NCBI GenBank assembly: GCA_052033675.1
Contig: JBPOJK010000125.1
Location: 736-32,735 of the forward strand
Direction of reading: 5' to 3'
DNA: 32,000 bases
DNA from: Pseudomonadota bacterium
GTDB lineage: Bacteria > Pseudomonadota > Gammaproteobacteria > Burkholderiales > UBA11063
Part shown: positions 1 through 8,698 of the stretch, one piece after another
How positions within the stretch are numbered: the first letter of the stretch is position 1
Layout: the number at the start of each line of letters is the position of its first letter
Notes under the pieces: model-generated
Told to the model about the DNA's origin: nothing
Database searches by the model: none
The model's input: only the letters and a program-made list of their open reading frames with translations
Program-made: the position numbers and the translations under genes

Positions 1-606
1 CGGGAAAATTCGACCACCACGTTTTTGTGCATCCGCGGTAATTACAATTTTTGCCTTGGCATCATGAATCCGTTCATGAATTGCTTTTGCCGAGAAACCA
101 CCAAACACAACTGAATGAATGGCGCCAATTCGGGCACAGGCTTGCATTGCGACAATTGCTTCAATACTATTGGGCATATAAATAACTACTCGGTCGCCTT
201 TGACAACACCCAATGATTTTAAGCCATTTGCAAATTTACAAACTTTGGTATGTAATTCTTTATAGGTAACAGTATCAACATGTCCGCCATCAGATTCAAA
301 AATAATCGCGGTTTTATGTGGGTGGGTTAATAAATGACGATCCAAACAATTATAAGAGACATTTAATTTACCATCTTCAAACCAACGGAAAAACGGCGCA
401 CTATCACGGTTTAAAATTTTGGTAAATGGTGTGCTCCAATCAATGTATTGACGGGCTAAATCTGCCCAATACCCCTCATAATCGCTTCTGGCGTATTCAA
501 TCATTGACTGATATTGTTGTTCACTGCGAATGTTCGCTTGTGCGGCAAACTCCGGGTTTACCGCAAATAATTGCTGTTCGTGAGCGCTTGCTTCAATATT
601 TGACAT
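1..606 (-). CDS. acs: Acetyl-CoA synthetase (AMP-forming), N-terminal 202 codons; ORF runs off the left window edge
   Basis: Reverse-strand ATG at 606-604. My translation reads MSNIEASAHEQQLFAVNPEFAAQANIRSEQQYQSMIEYARSDYEGYWADLARQYIDW...TAIIFESDGG...YKELH...VVIYMPNSIEAIVAMQACARIGAIHSVVFGGFSAKAI...ITADAQKRGGRIFP, which is collinear with the Acs N-terminal region. It is open to base 1 and absent from the ORF track because it has no in-window stop. Confidence 0.85.
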   Translation of the reverse strand, partial: MSNIEASAHEQQLFAVNPEFAAQANIRSEQQYQSMIEYARSDYEGYWADLARQYIDWSTPFTKILNRDSAPFFRWFEDGKLNVSYNCLDRHLLTHPHKTAIIFESDGGHVDTVTYKELHTKVCKFANGLKSLGVVKGDRVVIYMPNSIEAIVAMQACARIGAIHSVVFGGFSAKAIHERIHDAKAKIVITADAQKRGGRIFP

Positions 607-983
607 AATCCCTCCGTCGGTTAAAATCTTACTCGTGCAATAGTATAGCAAAAAAATAGGTTAAATGTTGTTGCTGTGCAGCAAAAATCCGACCCTGTAA
701 TAGTGAATATAGTAAAATTCGTCTGGAACCATTGCGGTGATGCCGAGGTATTGACAGCAAAATCCCGCGATAATTTTTAAACGATAATGTTCCGGCGTGC
801 TGCCGAGCTGTATTTACTGATGTTGTAAATTAATAATTTTATGGATAACCTATAGATTTTAATGAATTTATTCAAACATTGCGGATTACTGTGTTAAATT
901 AGTATAGCATTAAAATAAATCAATAAGTTATTTTTAAAATATAGCGATATGCAAAACTATCAGATATTAAAAAAGATCAACCT

Positions 984-2330
984 ATGTCTCAAATTAATTT
1001 TCTTTATACCCAAGCTGATTTACAATCAATTGCCGATGATATTATAACTAAAACATTACACGCTGGCGCAACTGCGGCACAGGTTGAAGTCAGCGAAAGC
1101 ATTTCAACAGATATTGAAATTCTTAACCAACAAACTGAAAATTTTGAAACCAGTCACGAAAATCAATTGGTATTGACTGTTTTTAAAGGTACACGCAAAG
1201 GGCATGTTGGAATAAGTAATATCCAGCCACATAATTTGCCGGAAATTATAAAAAATGCTCTTGATATTGCCACTTATACCGAAGAAGACCCGGCAAATGG
1301 TTTGTTAGATAAACAATATTTATTGCACGAGTTACCACCGGAATTAGGGTTATATAATTTACACAATGATAGCAACCATAATTTAATCGCACAAGCTAAA
1401 GAACTGGAACAACTGGCGCGTGATTATTCATCTTTAATTACTGCCTCCGATGGTTCGTCACTAAGTTTGACCCGTTACAATTTTGTTACTGCCAACAGCA
1501 ACGGTTTTAACCGTGGTTATCAAACTTCACGCTATTCCAAATATGTTAGTTTAATTGGTGAAACCGTAACTGGTATGCAAACGGATTATTGGTATAGTTC
1601 CAGCCGAGATTTCCGGCAATTGGATAGCAACGTAATGGTTGCCAAGTATGCAGGAAAGCGGGTATTACGCCGTTTGAATAAAGGGACTTTTTCTTCTTCA
1701 GCGCCGGCAGTGATTTTTGAGAGTAGTTTAGCCAAATCAATTATCGGTAGTCTTATCGGTGCGTTAAGTGGCGGTAGTTTATACCGGCGCTTGAGCTTTT
1801 TAAATGATAGTTTGAATACGCAAATTTTGCCGCAATGGTTTAATGTTAGTGAAGATCCGTTTGTTTTTGGTGGTCTATCAAGTTGTTATTTTGACAACGA
1901 GGGTAGCCAGGTTTGTGCCCGCGATATTATCAAATCCGGTGTTGTCAATGGTTATTTGCTGTCATCCTATACAGCGCGTAAAATGAATATGGCTCCAACG
2001 GGAAACGCCGGGGGCAGCCACAATATTACGGTGGCTCACAATACCTGCGGTAATCTTGCTACGTTGGCACAACAAATGGTTGATGGCTTAATCATCATTG
2101 AAACAATCGGGCATGGGCTCAACATGGTGACTGGTGATTATTCGGTAGGTGCTTCAGCCTTAGTGGTTAAAAATGGCGAAATTGGGCACTTCGTTGATAA
2201 TCTAACTATTTCCGGCAATATGCGTGAGATTTATAAAAATATACTGGCTCTTAACGATAATAGCGATCCGGGTTCGATTATCTGTGGAGATATGTTAATT
2301 GCACCTGGAGTTATTCAGGTTAACTGCTAG
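984..2330 (+). CDS. pmbA: PmbA/TldE-family metalloprotease component (TldD/PmbA family)
   Basis: 448-aa ORF. Length and overall pattern fit PmbA, including the C-terminal ...GHGLNMVTGDYSVGASALVVKNGEI... segment typical of the TldD/PmbA fold. Confidence 0.8.
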   Translation: MSQINFLYTQADLQSIADDIITKTLHAGATAAQVEVSESISTDIEILNQQTENFETSHENQLVLTVFKGTRKGHVGISNIQPHNLPEIIKNALDIATYTEEDPANGLLDKQYLLHELPPELGLYNLHNDSNHNLIAQAKELEQLARDYSSLITASDGSSLSLTRYNFVTANSNGFNRGYQTSRYSKYVSLIGETVTGMQTDYWYSSSRDFRQLDSNVMVAKYAGKRVLRRLNKGTFSSSAPAVIFESSLAKSIIGSLIGALSGGSLYRRLSFLNDSLNTQILPQWFNVSEDPFVFGGLSSCYFDNEGSQVCARDIIKSGVVNGYLLSSYTARKMNMAPTGNAGGSHNITVAHNTCGNLATLAQQMVDGLIIIETIGHGLNMVTGDYSVGASALVVKNGEIGHFVDNLTISGNMREIYKNILALNDNSDPGSIICGDMLIAPGVIQVNC

Positions 2331-2354
2331 CAGCAAGATAGGGGAATAAGAACG

Positions 2355-3827
2355 ATGCAAATTAGAACTGGGCTGGGATTAATTGCCGGCGTGACATTAT
2401 TTGGCTGTGCTACCAGCAGCTTTCAATATGATAAAAACTGGCAGAGCAATGATGCGTTGCCGCAAAATATTAACCTACAAACCCAAACTACTACAAATAA
2501 TCCGCAGTTAGCAGCGGCGATTAATGGCTTAAAGAATACTACCTATGGAATGTTCTTCAAACAAGGGATTTTTGCTGGACGGGATGGTGTTGGGGTTGCC
2601 GGCTATAAATATCAGCGCTGGCAGGTTCCACTGGTGATGGGAGCGTTAATCGATGTTAATGAAGACTATGCTGGACAATTTCATGATTTTCTGCCGGTGG
2701 TTGCCACCAATCAGTCCAACCAGTATGGCAATTATGATCAATTCCAAACTATGCTTTATCAGATTAACAATTGGGATACCTTATCTAAAGATCAGCAGCT
2801 TGCCAGCTGTAAGTTGACCTATCATTGTTTTTTAATTGATGATCGTTTGTGGTGGACCAATTTCTTCATTAGTTATGCCGAGGGGTTGCGTCGGCAAAAT
2901 CCAAATGATCTCAATGCGGCGCGTTATTTTGATTCGGCATACCGGATTTTCGTAAATGGAATCAGCTCCGATAAATATGTTAATACCATTGGTACCGGCG
3001 ATGCTCATAGTGTTATGTGGTATAGCGATGCCAATCAAAATATTTATTATAAATCAACCATTTCCAATTCGCTATATGTAACTGCCGGTGCGCGGTTAGC
3101 AAAATATATTTTACTGAATTACGGTAAAGATAATTCCAGCTATGACTATGATTTAGTTTTGGGTTATACCAAAAAAGTAGCCAATGGTTACTTTCTGAAT
3201 TATTCCGAACAAGTTAAAAATAATGGTTTACTGTTGGATGGGGTTGGAACCGGCTTTGATAAGCCACCACTAGGACGGGATTTGCCTGCTGGGCAAACTG
3301 CCAATGAGATGTTTACCTATAATCAGGGCGTAGTGTTGCCGGGGATGGCGATTCTCAGCGAATTAACCGGTCGGGAAAAATATCTGGATTATGCCAAAGA
3401 CTTGGTACGTGCCAGCTATAAGTTTTCGGTAAATTATAATGGTTTCTTTGATGATTATAGTTATTTAGCGCCCAATGGCTGGTATTCGGATGGCGACGGA
3501 GTAGCATTCCGGTTAGCTTATTGGCAATATTTAGGGTTATTCCTTGATAATTATAATTTAGGTTCAGATCCTGAATTTACCAAGCTGATAAGTGATTTTA
3601 TCAATAATAATGCCCACCAGCAAATTACCCGGATGGTTATTTTGCCGGGCTATACTTCGCCGCAAACGCCAACTTTGGCAGTACCCAATCATGGTAATGT
3701 CCAGAATTTAGCCCAAGGGTCATTATTTACCTACTATCCTGATGGTTATTCTTTGCCAAGTATCGCAGCTGGGCTGGAATTGTATCTGTTACAAGATCGG
3801 ATTAATTTTGCAATGAAAAAACAATGA
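2355..3827 (+). CDS. Predicted lipoprotein, glycoside-hydrolase family 76-like (alpha-1,6-mannanase-like) fold
   Basis: 490-aa ORF. The N-terminus MQIRTGLGLIAGVTLFGC has a signal peptide plus a lipobox-like LFGC. Internal FLIDDRLWW (adjacent Asp-Asp followed by Trp) and TYNQGVVLPGMA resemble GH76 signature regions. The family assignment is from memory and has not been searched. Confidence 0.55.
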   Translation: MQIRTGLGLIAGVTLFGCATSSFQYDKNWQSNDALPQNINLQTQTTTNNPQLAAAINGLKNTTYGMFFKQGIFAGRDGVGVAGYKYQRWQVPLVMGALIDVNEDYAGQFHDFLPVVATNQSNQYGNYDQFQTMLYQINNWDTLSKDQQLASCKLTYHCFLIDDRLWWTNFFISYAEGLRRQNPNDLNAARYFDSAYRIFVNGISSDKYVNTIGTGDAHSVMWYSDANQNIYYKSTISNSLYVTAGARLAKYILLNYGKDNSSYDYDLVLGYTKKVANGYFLNYSEQVKNNGLLLDGVGTGFDKPPLGRDLPAGQTANEMFTYNQGVVLPGMAILSELTGREKYLDYAKDLVRASYKFSVNYNGFFDDYSYLAPNGWYSDGDGVAFRLAYWQYLGLFLDNYNLGSDPEFTKLISDFINNNAHQQITRMVILPGYTSPQTPTLAVPNHGNVQNLAQGSLFTYYPDGYSLPSIAAGLELYLLQDRINFAMKKQ

Positions 3828-5230
3828 GTTTTGAACCATTTAATTTATTAACGTCAACAAGTTCGCTACAAAAATCGCCACAACGTTCTGACGATGAAGT
3901 AATTTCGGTCAGCCAGTTAAATAAAATGGCAAAATCGGCACTGGAAAATACTTTACCGATTATGTGGATTAAAGGTGAAATTTCGGGACTAAAATCCTAT
4001 TCACATCTTTATTTTGATCTGAAAGATGAGGGTGCCAAAATTTCCTGTGTTATGTTTGCCAAGCTGGCGGTAATGCTGGATTTTCCGCTCGAAAATGGCA
4101 TGCAGGTTGAGGTTCGTGGGCGGGTGACCATTTATCCACAAAACGGTAGCTACCAGATTAATGTTGAACGGGCACGTAAAGTTGGCTTGGGCGCATTATG
4201 GGAGGCCTATGCGCGGTTGATTGAAAAGCTGAAAGCTGCGGGATTGTTTGAAGCCAAATACAAAAAACCGATTCCGATCTTTCCACGGACAATTGGGGTG
4301 ATTACCTCCAAGGAGGGCTCGGTTATCCGTGACGTAGTGACAACCTTGAAACGAAGGATGCCGAATATTCCGCTGATAATTTATCATAGCGCAGTGCAGG
4401 GGAGTGATGCCAGTATGCAATTGGTACGGGCGATTCGCACTGCCAATCAGCGACAGGAAGTTGATGTATTGATTGTCTGCCGCGGTGGTGGTAGCATGGA
4501 AGATTTGTGGTGCTTTAATGAAGAGGTGGTAGCACAAGAAGTATTTAATAGCCAGATTCCGATTATCAGCGCGGTGGGGCATGAAACCGATACCACGATT
4601 ATTGATTACGTTGCAGATTTGCGGGCACCAACCCCAACTGCGGCGGCAGAATTAGTGGCAAAAAGCCGTCAGGAGTGGTTAGAACAGGTAAATAAACTTA
4701 AATTCCAGCTAAGTTTATCTTTGGAAGCGATGTTGAATAATTCCCGCCAGCGTTTGGATTTGGCGATTGCTCATTTAAAAGGTGCCAGCCCGCAGCAGCA
4801 ATTAAAACAGCAACAGGACAAACTTGCGCAGGTAGAGGGCAAATTGCGGCGGGCAATGGCCAATCATCTAGCCAATCAAAAATGGCAACTGGATTTATAT
4901 ACCAGTAAATTAGCGCCTATTCGCCGTCGTGATGTTCATATAGAAAAAAAACAATTGGTCGGCTTACAAGAGCGCTTACAAAAAGTCTTTAATAACCAAC
5001 TGCAACAGCGCAAAAATTACATCCTACACTTAAGTGATAAATTAGCTCTATTGAATCCCCAGCAAATACTAAATCGTGGTTATGCGATTATTCGCGACAA
5101 TGATGGCAAGGCTCTTCAACGGGTAAAAGATACCCGCCACCATGCGCGAATTTCGATTACTTTTGCCGATGGCGACGTTGCGGCAATTATTGATAAACAT
5201 CTCTTACCGGAACAAGGAGAGTTAATTTAA
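3824..5230 (+). CDS. xseA: Exodeoxyribonuclease VII large subunit
   Basis: 468-aa ORF. It has an N-terminal OB-fold-like region (VISVSQLNKMAKSALE...MWIKGEISGLKSYSHLYFDLKDE), a catalytic core (VITSKEGSVIRDV...CRGGGSMEDLWCFNEE...ISAVGHETDTTIIDYVADLRAPTPTAAAE) and a long coiled-coil tail. Its ATG overlaps the upstream stop (ATGA). Confidence 0.9.
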   Translation: MSFEPFNLLTSTSSLQKSPQRSDDEVISVSQLNKMAKSALENTLPIMWIKGEISGLKSYSHLYFDLKDEGAKISCVMFAKLAVMLDFPLENGMQVEVRGRVTIYPQNGSYQINVERARKVGLGALWEAYARLIEKLKAAGLFEAKYKKPIPIFPRTIGVITSKEGSVIRDVVTTLKRRMPNIPLIIYHSAVQGSDASMQLVRAIRTANQRQEVDVLIVCRGGGSMEDLWCFNEEVVAQEVFNSQIPIISAVGHETDTTIIDYVADLRAPTPTAAAELVAKSRQEWLEQVNKLKFQLSLSLEAMLNNSRQRLDLAIAHLKGASPQQQLKQQQDKLAQVEGKLRRAMANHLANQKWQLDLYTSKLAPIRRRDVHIEKKQLVGLQERLQKVFNNQLQQRKNYILHLSDKLALLNPQQILNRGYAIIRDNDGKALQRVKDTRHHARISITFADGDVAAIIDKHLLPEQGELI

Positions 5231-5233
5231 ATT

Positions 5234-5338
5234 ATACTCAATCCGATTCATTATACCAAGTCGTTGACGTTCTCATTTCTTAACAGCTGTAAGCGTCGTC
5301 TCAAATCGCCTACTAGTGTCTTGAATCAGTTTGAGTAT
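5234..5338. repeat. About 105-nt element bounded by 17-nt imperfect inverted repeats (14/17 complementary) just 3' of xseA
   Basis: The left arm atactcaatccgattca (5234-5250) is complementary to the right arm tgaatcagtttgagtat (5322-5338), except for a central 3-nt mismatch. No T-run follows the right arm. Confidence 0.4.
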
Positions 5339-5460
5339 GGCTGGTTAGCTAGATCTGTTTACGAAAAAATCAATAATCTTGGGAAATAGTCGGGGATTTT
5401 TGGTTAAAATGAGTTATAATATACATTTTACTAATTAATAAAATAGATAAGCACGAGTCA

Positions 5461-6585
5461 ATGGAAATTAATCTAAAAATCAGTCTTCCCGCCAAGACGG
5501 GGCATTCTTATCCAATAGTTATTGCTCCACAGTTACTAACTAACTGGACGCAATGGTTGCCAAATTATGCACGTAGCAAAAAAATAGTTATTATTAGCGA
5601 TAGCACGGTTGCTGAACTCTATGGCTCGCAATTGGCAGCAAGCATGAATGCAGCTGGTTATCTAGCGCGGTTATTAACTTTCCCTGCGGGGGAGTTTTCC
5701 AAAAGCGCTAACACCAAGCTGGAGCTTGAAGAACAAATGTTTGCTTTTGGCGTCGATCGTCATACGCTGTGTCTAGCGTTAGGTGGCGGAGTGGTCGGTG
5801 ATTTAGCTGGTTTTACTGCTGCAACCTATATGCGCGGAATCCAATTTATTCAAATTCCAACCTCGTTGCTGGCGATGATTGATAGCAGCGTTGGTGGTAA
5901 AACCGCGGTTAATACCAGTTATGGGAAAAATATTATTGGTGCATTTTGGCAACCGCAGGCAGTAATGATGGATTGCGATTTGCTGAAAACCTTACCAACG
6001 GAACAAATAGTAAATGGCTTATTTGAAGCAGTAAAAATATTTTTAACTTCAGATCGTGAGCATTTTGAATATTGTGCCAAGCGATTAGATTCAATCATTA
6101 ATTTGGATTATCAACCCTTGACTAGGGTTATAAAGCGCGCAGTTGAATTAAAAGCGCAGGTGGTTGAAATCGACGAGCAGGAATTAAATCTGCGGATGAT
6201 CCTTAATTTTGGGCATACTGTTGGACATGCCTTAGAAAAATTAAGTAATTTTAGTGTGTTGCATGGTTTTGGTGTTGGCTTGGGAATGATCGTCGAAGCG
6301 TATATTGCCAAATTAAGTGGGTTACTGACAGCAACAGATTATACGCAGATTGAGCAATTCTTATTGATGATGGGCGTTGATTTGACTTTATTGAATAAAT
6401 ATGATCATAACGAAATAATCACGGCCATGCGTGGTGATAAGAAAAATATTAATCAACAAATTAAACTGGTATTATTAACCGGAATCGGTAGTGTTAAAAA
6501 CATTGATAATCAAGTGGCGTTTCCCATTAGCGACGAACTGATTCTTAGTGCATTATCTGATTTGACCAAACGAGTAGGGAGTTAA
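5461..6585 (+). CDS. aroB: 3-dehydroquinate synthase
   Basis: 374-aa ORF with GGGVVGDLAGFTAATYMRGIQFIQIPTSLLAMIDSSVGGKTAVN, GKNIIGAFWQP and RMILNFGHTVGHALE. The R..LN and GHT.GHA.E patterns fit true DHQ synthases rather than other sugar-phosphate cyclases. Confidence 0.9.
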   Translation: MEINLKISLPAKTGHSYPIVIAPQLLTNWTQWLPNYARSKKIVIISDSTVAELYGSQLAASMNAAGYLARLLTFPAGEFSKSANTKLELEEQMFAFGVDRHTLCLALGGGVVGDLAGFTAATYMRGIQFIQIPTSLLAMIDSSVGGKTAVNTSYGKNIIGAFWQPQAVMMDCDLLKTLPTEQIVNGLFEAVKIFLTSDREHFEYCAKRLDSIINLDYQPLTRVIKRAVELKAQVVEIDEQELNLRMILNFGHTVGHALEKLSNFSVLHGFGVGLGMIVEAYIAKLSGLLTATDYTQIEQFLLMMGVDLTLLNKYDHNEIITAMRGDKKNINQQIKLVLLTGIGSVKNIDNQVAFPISDELILSALSDLTKRVGS

Positions 6586-6586
6586 A

Positions 6587-7639
6587 ATGGGTTATCGTAT
6601 TGTAAAAAAATTACCAACTGCGGATGAAATAATTGCGGCATTGCCGCTTAGTGATGCTGGTTATCAAAGCATTAATCAGCATCGGCATGAAATTGAAGCG
6701 ATTTTGCGTGGCGATGATAATCGACTGTTGTTAATCGTGGGACCATGCTCGGCGTGGCCGGATACTGCGGTAATTGATTACGCCAGTCGGCTAAAAGCGC
6801 TAAGTGATAAAGTCGGGCATGCCTTGAAATTGGTAATGCGAGTATATATTCAAAAGCCGCGGACAATTAAAGGCTGGACTGGTCCGGTTAATCAACCAGA
6901 TCCATTAGCACCTCCGGATATCGAAGCCGGTGCGATGTATTGTCGCCGGTTGATGACGCAAGTAGTGGAAATGGGTTTACCGATTGCCGATGAAGCGCTA
7001 TTTACTCATAATGCCCGTGGGTTTATCGAATTATTGTCATGGGTCGCAATTGGTGCGCGCAGCAGCGAAGATCAGGAGCATCGAATTTTTGCATCGGGTA
7101 TTGATTGTCCGGTAGGGATAAAAAATCCGACTCATGGTTCACTAAAAATTGGGGTTAATAGCGTAGTTGCAGCCCAGCATTCGCATTATATCGTGCTTGA
7201 TGGTGATGAAGTTGAAACCGATGGTAATCAATACGCGCATATAGTATTGCGTGGCAACAATGATAAACCTAACTACGATGTTGATTCAATTGCTGAAGTA
7301 GCAGTACACTATGCCAAAAATGAGGTAAAAAATCCAGCGATTATCGTTGATGTCAGTCATGATAATTGCATGATTAACGGTGCGAAAGATCACAATGCTC
7401 AAGCTAATATTATTTTGCAAGTTATGGAAAGCCTGAATGATAAACCGGATTTACGAAAATTGGTTAAAGGGTTTATGTTAGAAAGCTTTATCAAAGGCGG
7501 CAAGCAAAATGCCGAAACTGCCAATCCGATAGATCTCGGCGGTTTGTCAATTACCGATCCGTGCCTGGGCTGGGAGGCTACTGAAGAGTTATTATTAAAA
7601 TTGGCCACGGTCATCGAAAATAACAATAAACACCAATAA
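6587..7639 (+). CDS. 3-deoxy-D-arabino-heptulosonate-7-phosphate (DAHP) synthase, class I (AroF/G/H-like), copy 1
   Basis: 350-aa ORF collinear with E. coli AroG. Motifs: LLIVGPCS, MRVYIQKPRT.KGWTG, SWVAIGARS.EDQEHR, CPVGIKNPTHG, VDVSHDN, GFMLES, LSITDPCLGW. The equivalents of the metal ligands Cys, His, Glu and Asp are all present. Confidence 0.92.
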   Translation: MGYRIVKKLPTADEIIAALPLSDAGYQSINQHRHEIEAILRGDDNRLLLIVGPCSAWPDTAVIDYASRLKALSDKVGHALKLVMRVYIQKPRTIKGWTGPVNQPDPLAPPDIEAGAMYCRRLMTQVVEMGLPIADEALFTHNARGFIELLSWVAIGARSSEDQEHRIFASGIDCPVGIKNPTHGSLKIGVNSVVAAQHSHYIVLDGDEVETDGNQYAHIVLRGNNDKPNYDVDSIAEVAVHYAKNEVKNPAIIVDVSHDNCMINGAKDHNAQANIILQVMESLNDKPDLRKLVKGFMLESFIKGGKQNAETANPIDLGGLSITDPCLGWEATEELLLKLATVIENNNKHQ

Positions 7640-7649
7640 AGGTTTAATT

Positions 7650-8681
7650 ATGGCATATGAAATTGTAAAAAAGGTTCCGACTTCGGATGAGATAATTGCG
7701 AAAATTCCATTAAGTGCCGCTGGTTATCAAAGCATTGAACGCCACCATCGTGAGATTGAAGATATTTTAAGTGGTCGTGATAATCGCTTGTTGCTGATTG
7801 TTGGTCCTTGTTCGGCGTGGCCGGATACTGCGGTATTGGATTATGCCAGCCGTTTGGCAGCGTTAAACGATAAAATTAAAGATAAAATCAAAGTGGTAAT
7901 GCGGGTATATATTCAAAAACCGCGCACTGTTAAAGGCTGGACTGGTCCGATAAATCAACCTAATCCACTTCTTGAACCAGATATCGAAGCTGGAATTTGG
8001 TATTGTCGCAAGCTAATGACTCAAGTGGTAGAAATGGGCTTGCCGATTGCCGATGAGTGTTTGTTTACTCATAATGCGCGTGGATTTCAGGAATTATTGT
8101 CGTGGGTGGCAATTGGTGCACGTAGTACTGAAGATCAGGAGCACCGGATTTTTGCGTCATCGCTGGAATGTCCGGTTGGGATGAAAAACCCGACTCATGG
8201 TTCGTTGTCAATCGCGGTAAATAGTATCGTTGCAGCGCAACATTCACATTATGCGGTTTTTGATGGCTATGAAGTAAAAACCAGCGGTAATAAATATGCG
8301 CATTTGGTATTGCGTGGCAGCAATGGCAAGACTAATTACGGAATTGAAAATATTGCTGAAGTTGCCAAATTATTTGTTAAAAATCAAGTGGTAAACCCTG
8401 CAATTATTATTGATGTCAGTCACGATAACTGTGTAATAAATGGCGTTAAAAACCATAATGCTCAAGCCAATATAGTATTGCAGATGATTGATGAATTAGC
8501 GGCTAATCCACAGTTAAAACCATTAGTCAAAGGTTTTATGCTGGAAAGCTTTATTAAAGAAGGTCGGCAAAATGCCGAAGGTGGCGATCCGATTGATTTG
8601 GGTGGTTTATCAATTACCGACCCGTGTCTTAGCTGGGAAAGCACCGAGGGGCTTATTTTAGCGGTTGCTGCAAAATTATAA
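7650..8681 (+). CDS. DAHP synthase, class I, copy 2 (tandem paralog of 6587-7639)
   Basis: 343-aa ORF with the same motifs as copy 1. By eye it is about three-quarters identical in protein sequence. A shared identical 24-nt run occurs at 6749-6772 and 7812-7835. Confidence 0.92.
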   Translation: MAYEIVKKVPTSDEIIAKIPLSAAGYQSIERHHREIEDILSGRDNRLLLIVGPCSAWPDTAVLDYASRLAALNDKIKDKIKVVMRVYIQKPRTVKGWTGPINQPNPLLEPDIEAGIWYCRKLMTQVVEMGLPIADECLFTHNARGFQELLSWVAIGARSTEDQEHRIFASSLECPVGMKNPTHGSLSIAVNSIVAAQHSHYAVFDGYEVKTSGNKYAHLVLRGSNGKTNYGIENIAEVAKLFVKNQVVNPAIIIDVSHDNCVINGVKNHNAQANIVLQMIDELAANPQLKPLVKGFMLESFIKEGRQNAEGGDPIDLGGLSITDPCLSWESTEGLILAVAAKL

Positions 8682-8698
8682 CTAAGTAGGATTACGAT

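Larger units (their letters stand above)
6587..8681 (+). repeat. Tandem gene duplication, two DAHP synthase units with a period of about 1063 bp
   Basis: The two adjacent ORFs align end to end at nucleotide level, with diverged third positions and conserved blocks. An exact 24-mer, tcggcgtggccggatactgcggta, is present in both copies. Confidence 0.85.

Noticed and set aside
661-813. Possible decayed AraC/XylS-family C-terminus on the reverse strand. The frame contains LGSTPEHYR, which resembles the family's G-x-T/S-P-x-x-Y-R ending.
   Set aside because: The match is a single short motif. The frame has no start and is preceded by a stop. About 35 further residues follow the motif, unlike real AraC C-termini. 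This is not enough to call a pseudogene.
4132-4140. Perfect DnaA box TTATCCACA, considered given the nearness of the rsmG-parAB origin-proximal genes.
   Set aside because: It is a single isolated box inside the xseA coding sequence. There is no cluster of boxes, no AT-rich unwinding element and no GATC clustering, so it is not an origin.
4196-4582. 128-aa reverse-strand ORF inside xseA. The same applies to similar antisense or alternate-frame ORFs in the track, for example 426-608, 1546-1740, 2832-3038, 6111-6311, 7399-7626, 8682-8909, 10807-11022, 11317-11563, 21489-21767 and 23983-24240.
   Set aside because: All lie wholly within, and antisense or out of frame to, strongly supported conserved genes. 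None has a recognisable motif or a ribosome-binding site. This is typical shadow-ORF behaviour.
5409-5438. 9-codon ORF (MSYNIHFTN) just upstream of aroB, as a possible Phe/Tyr attenuation leader peptide.
   Set aside because: It has only one Phe and one Tyr codon, no following terminator/antiterminator structure, and it overlaps the only plausible -10 box (TATAAT, 5415-5420).
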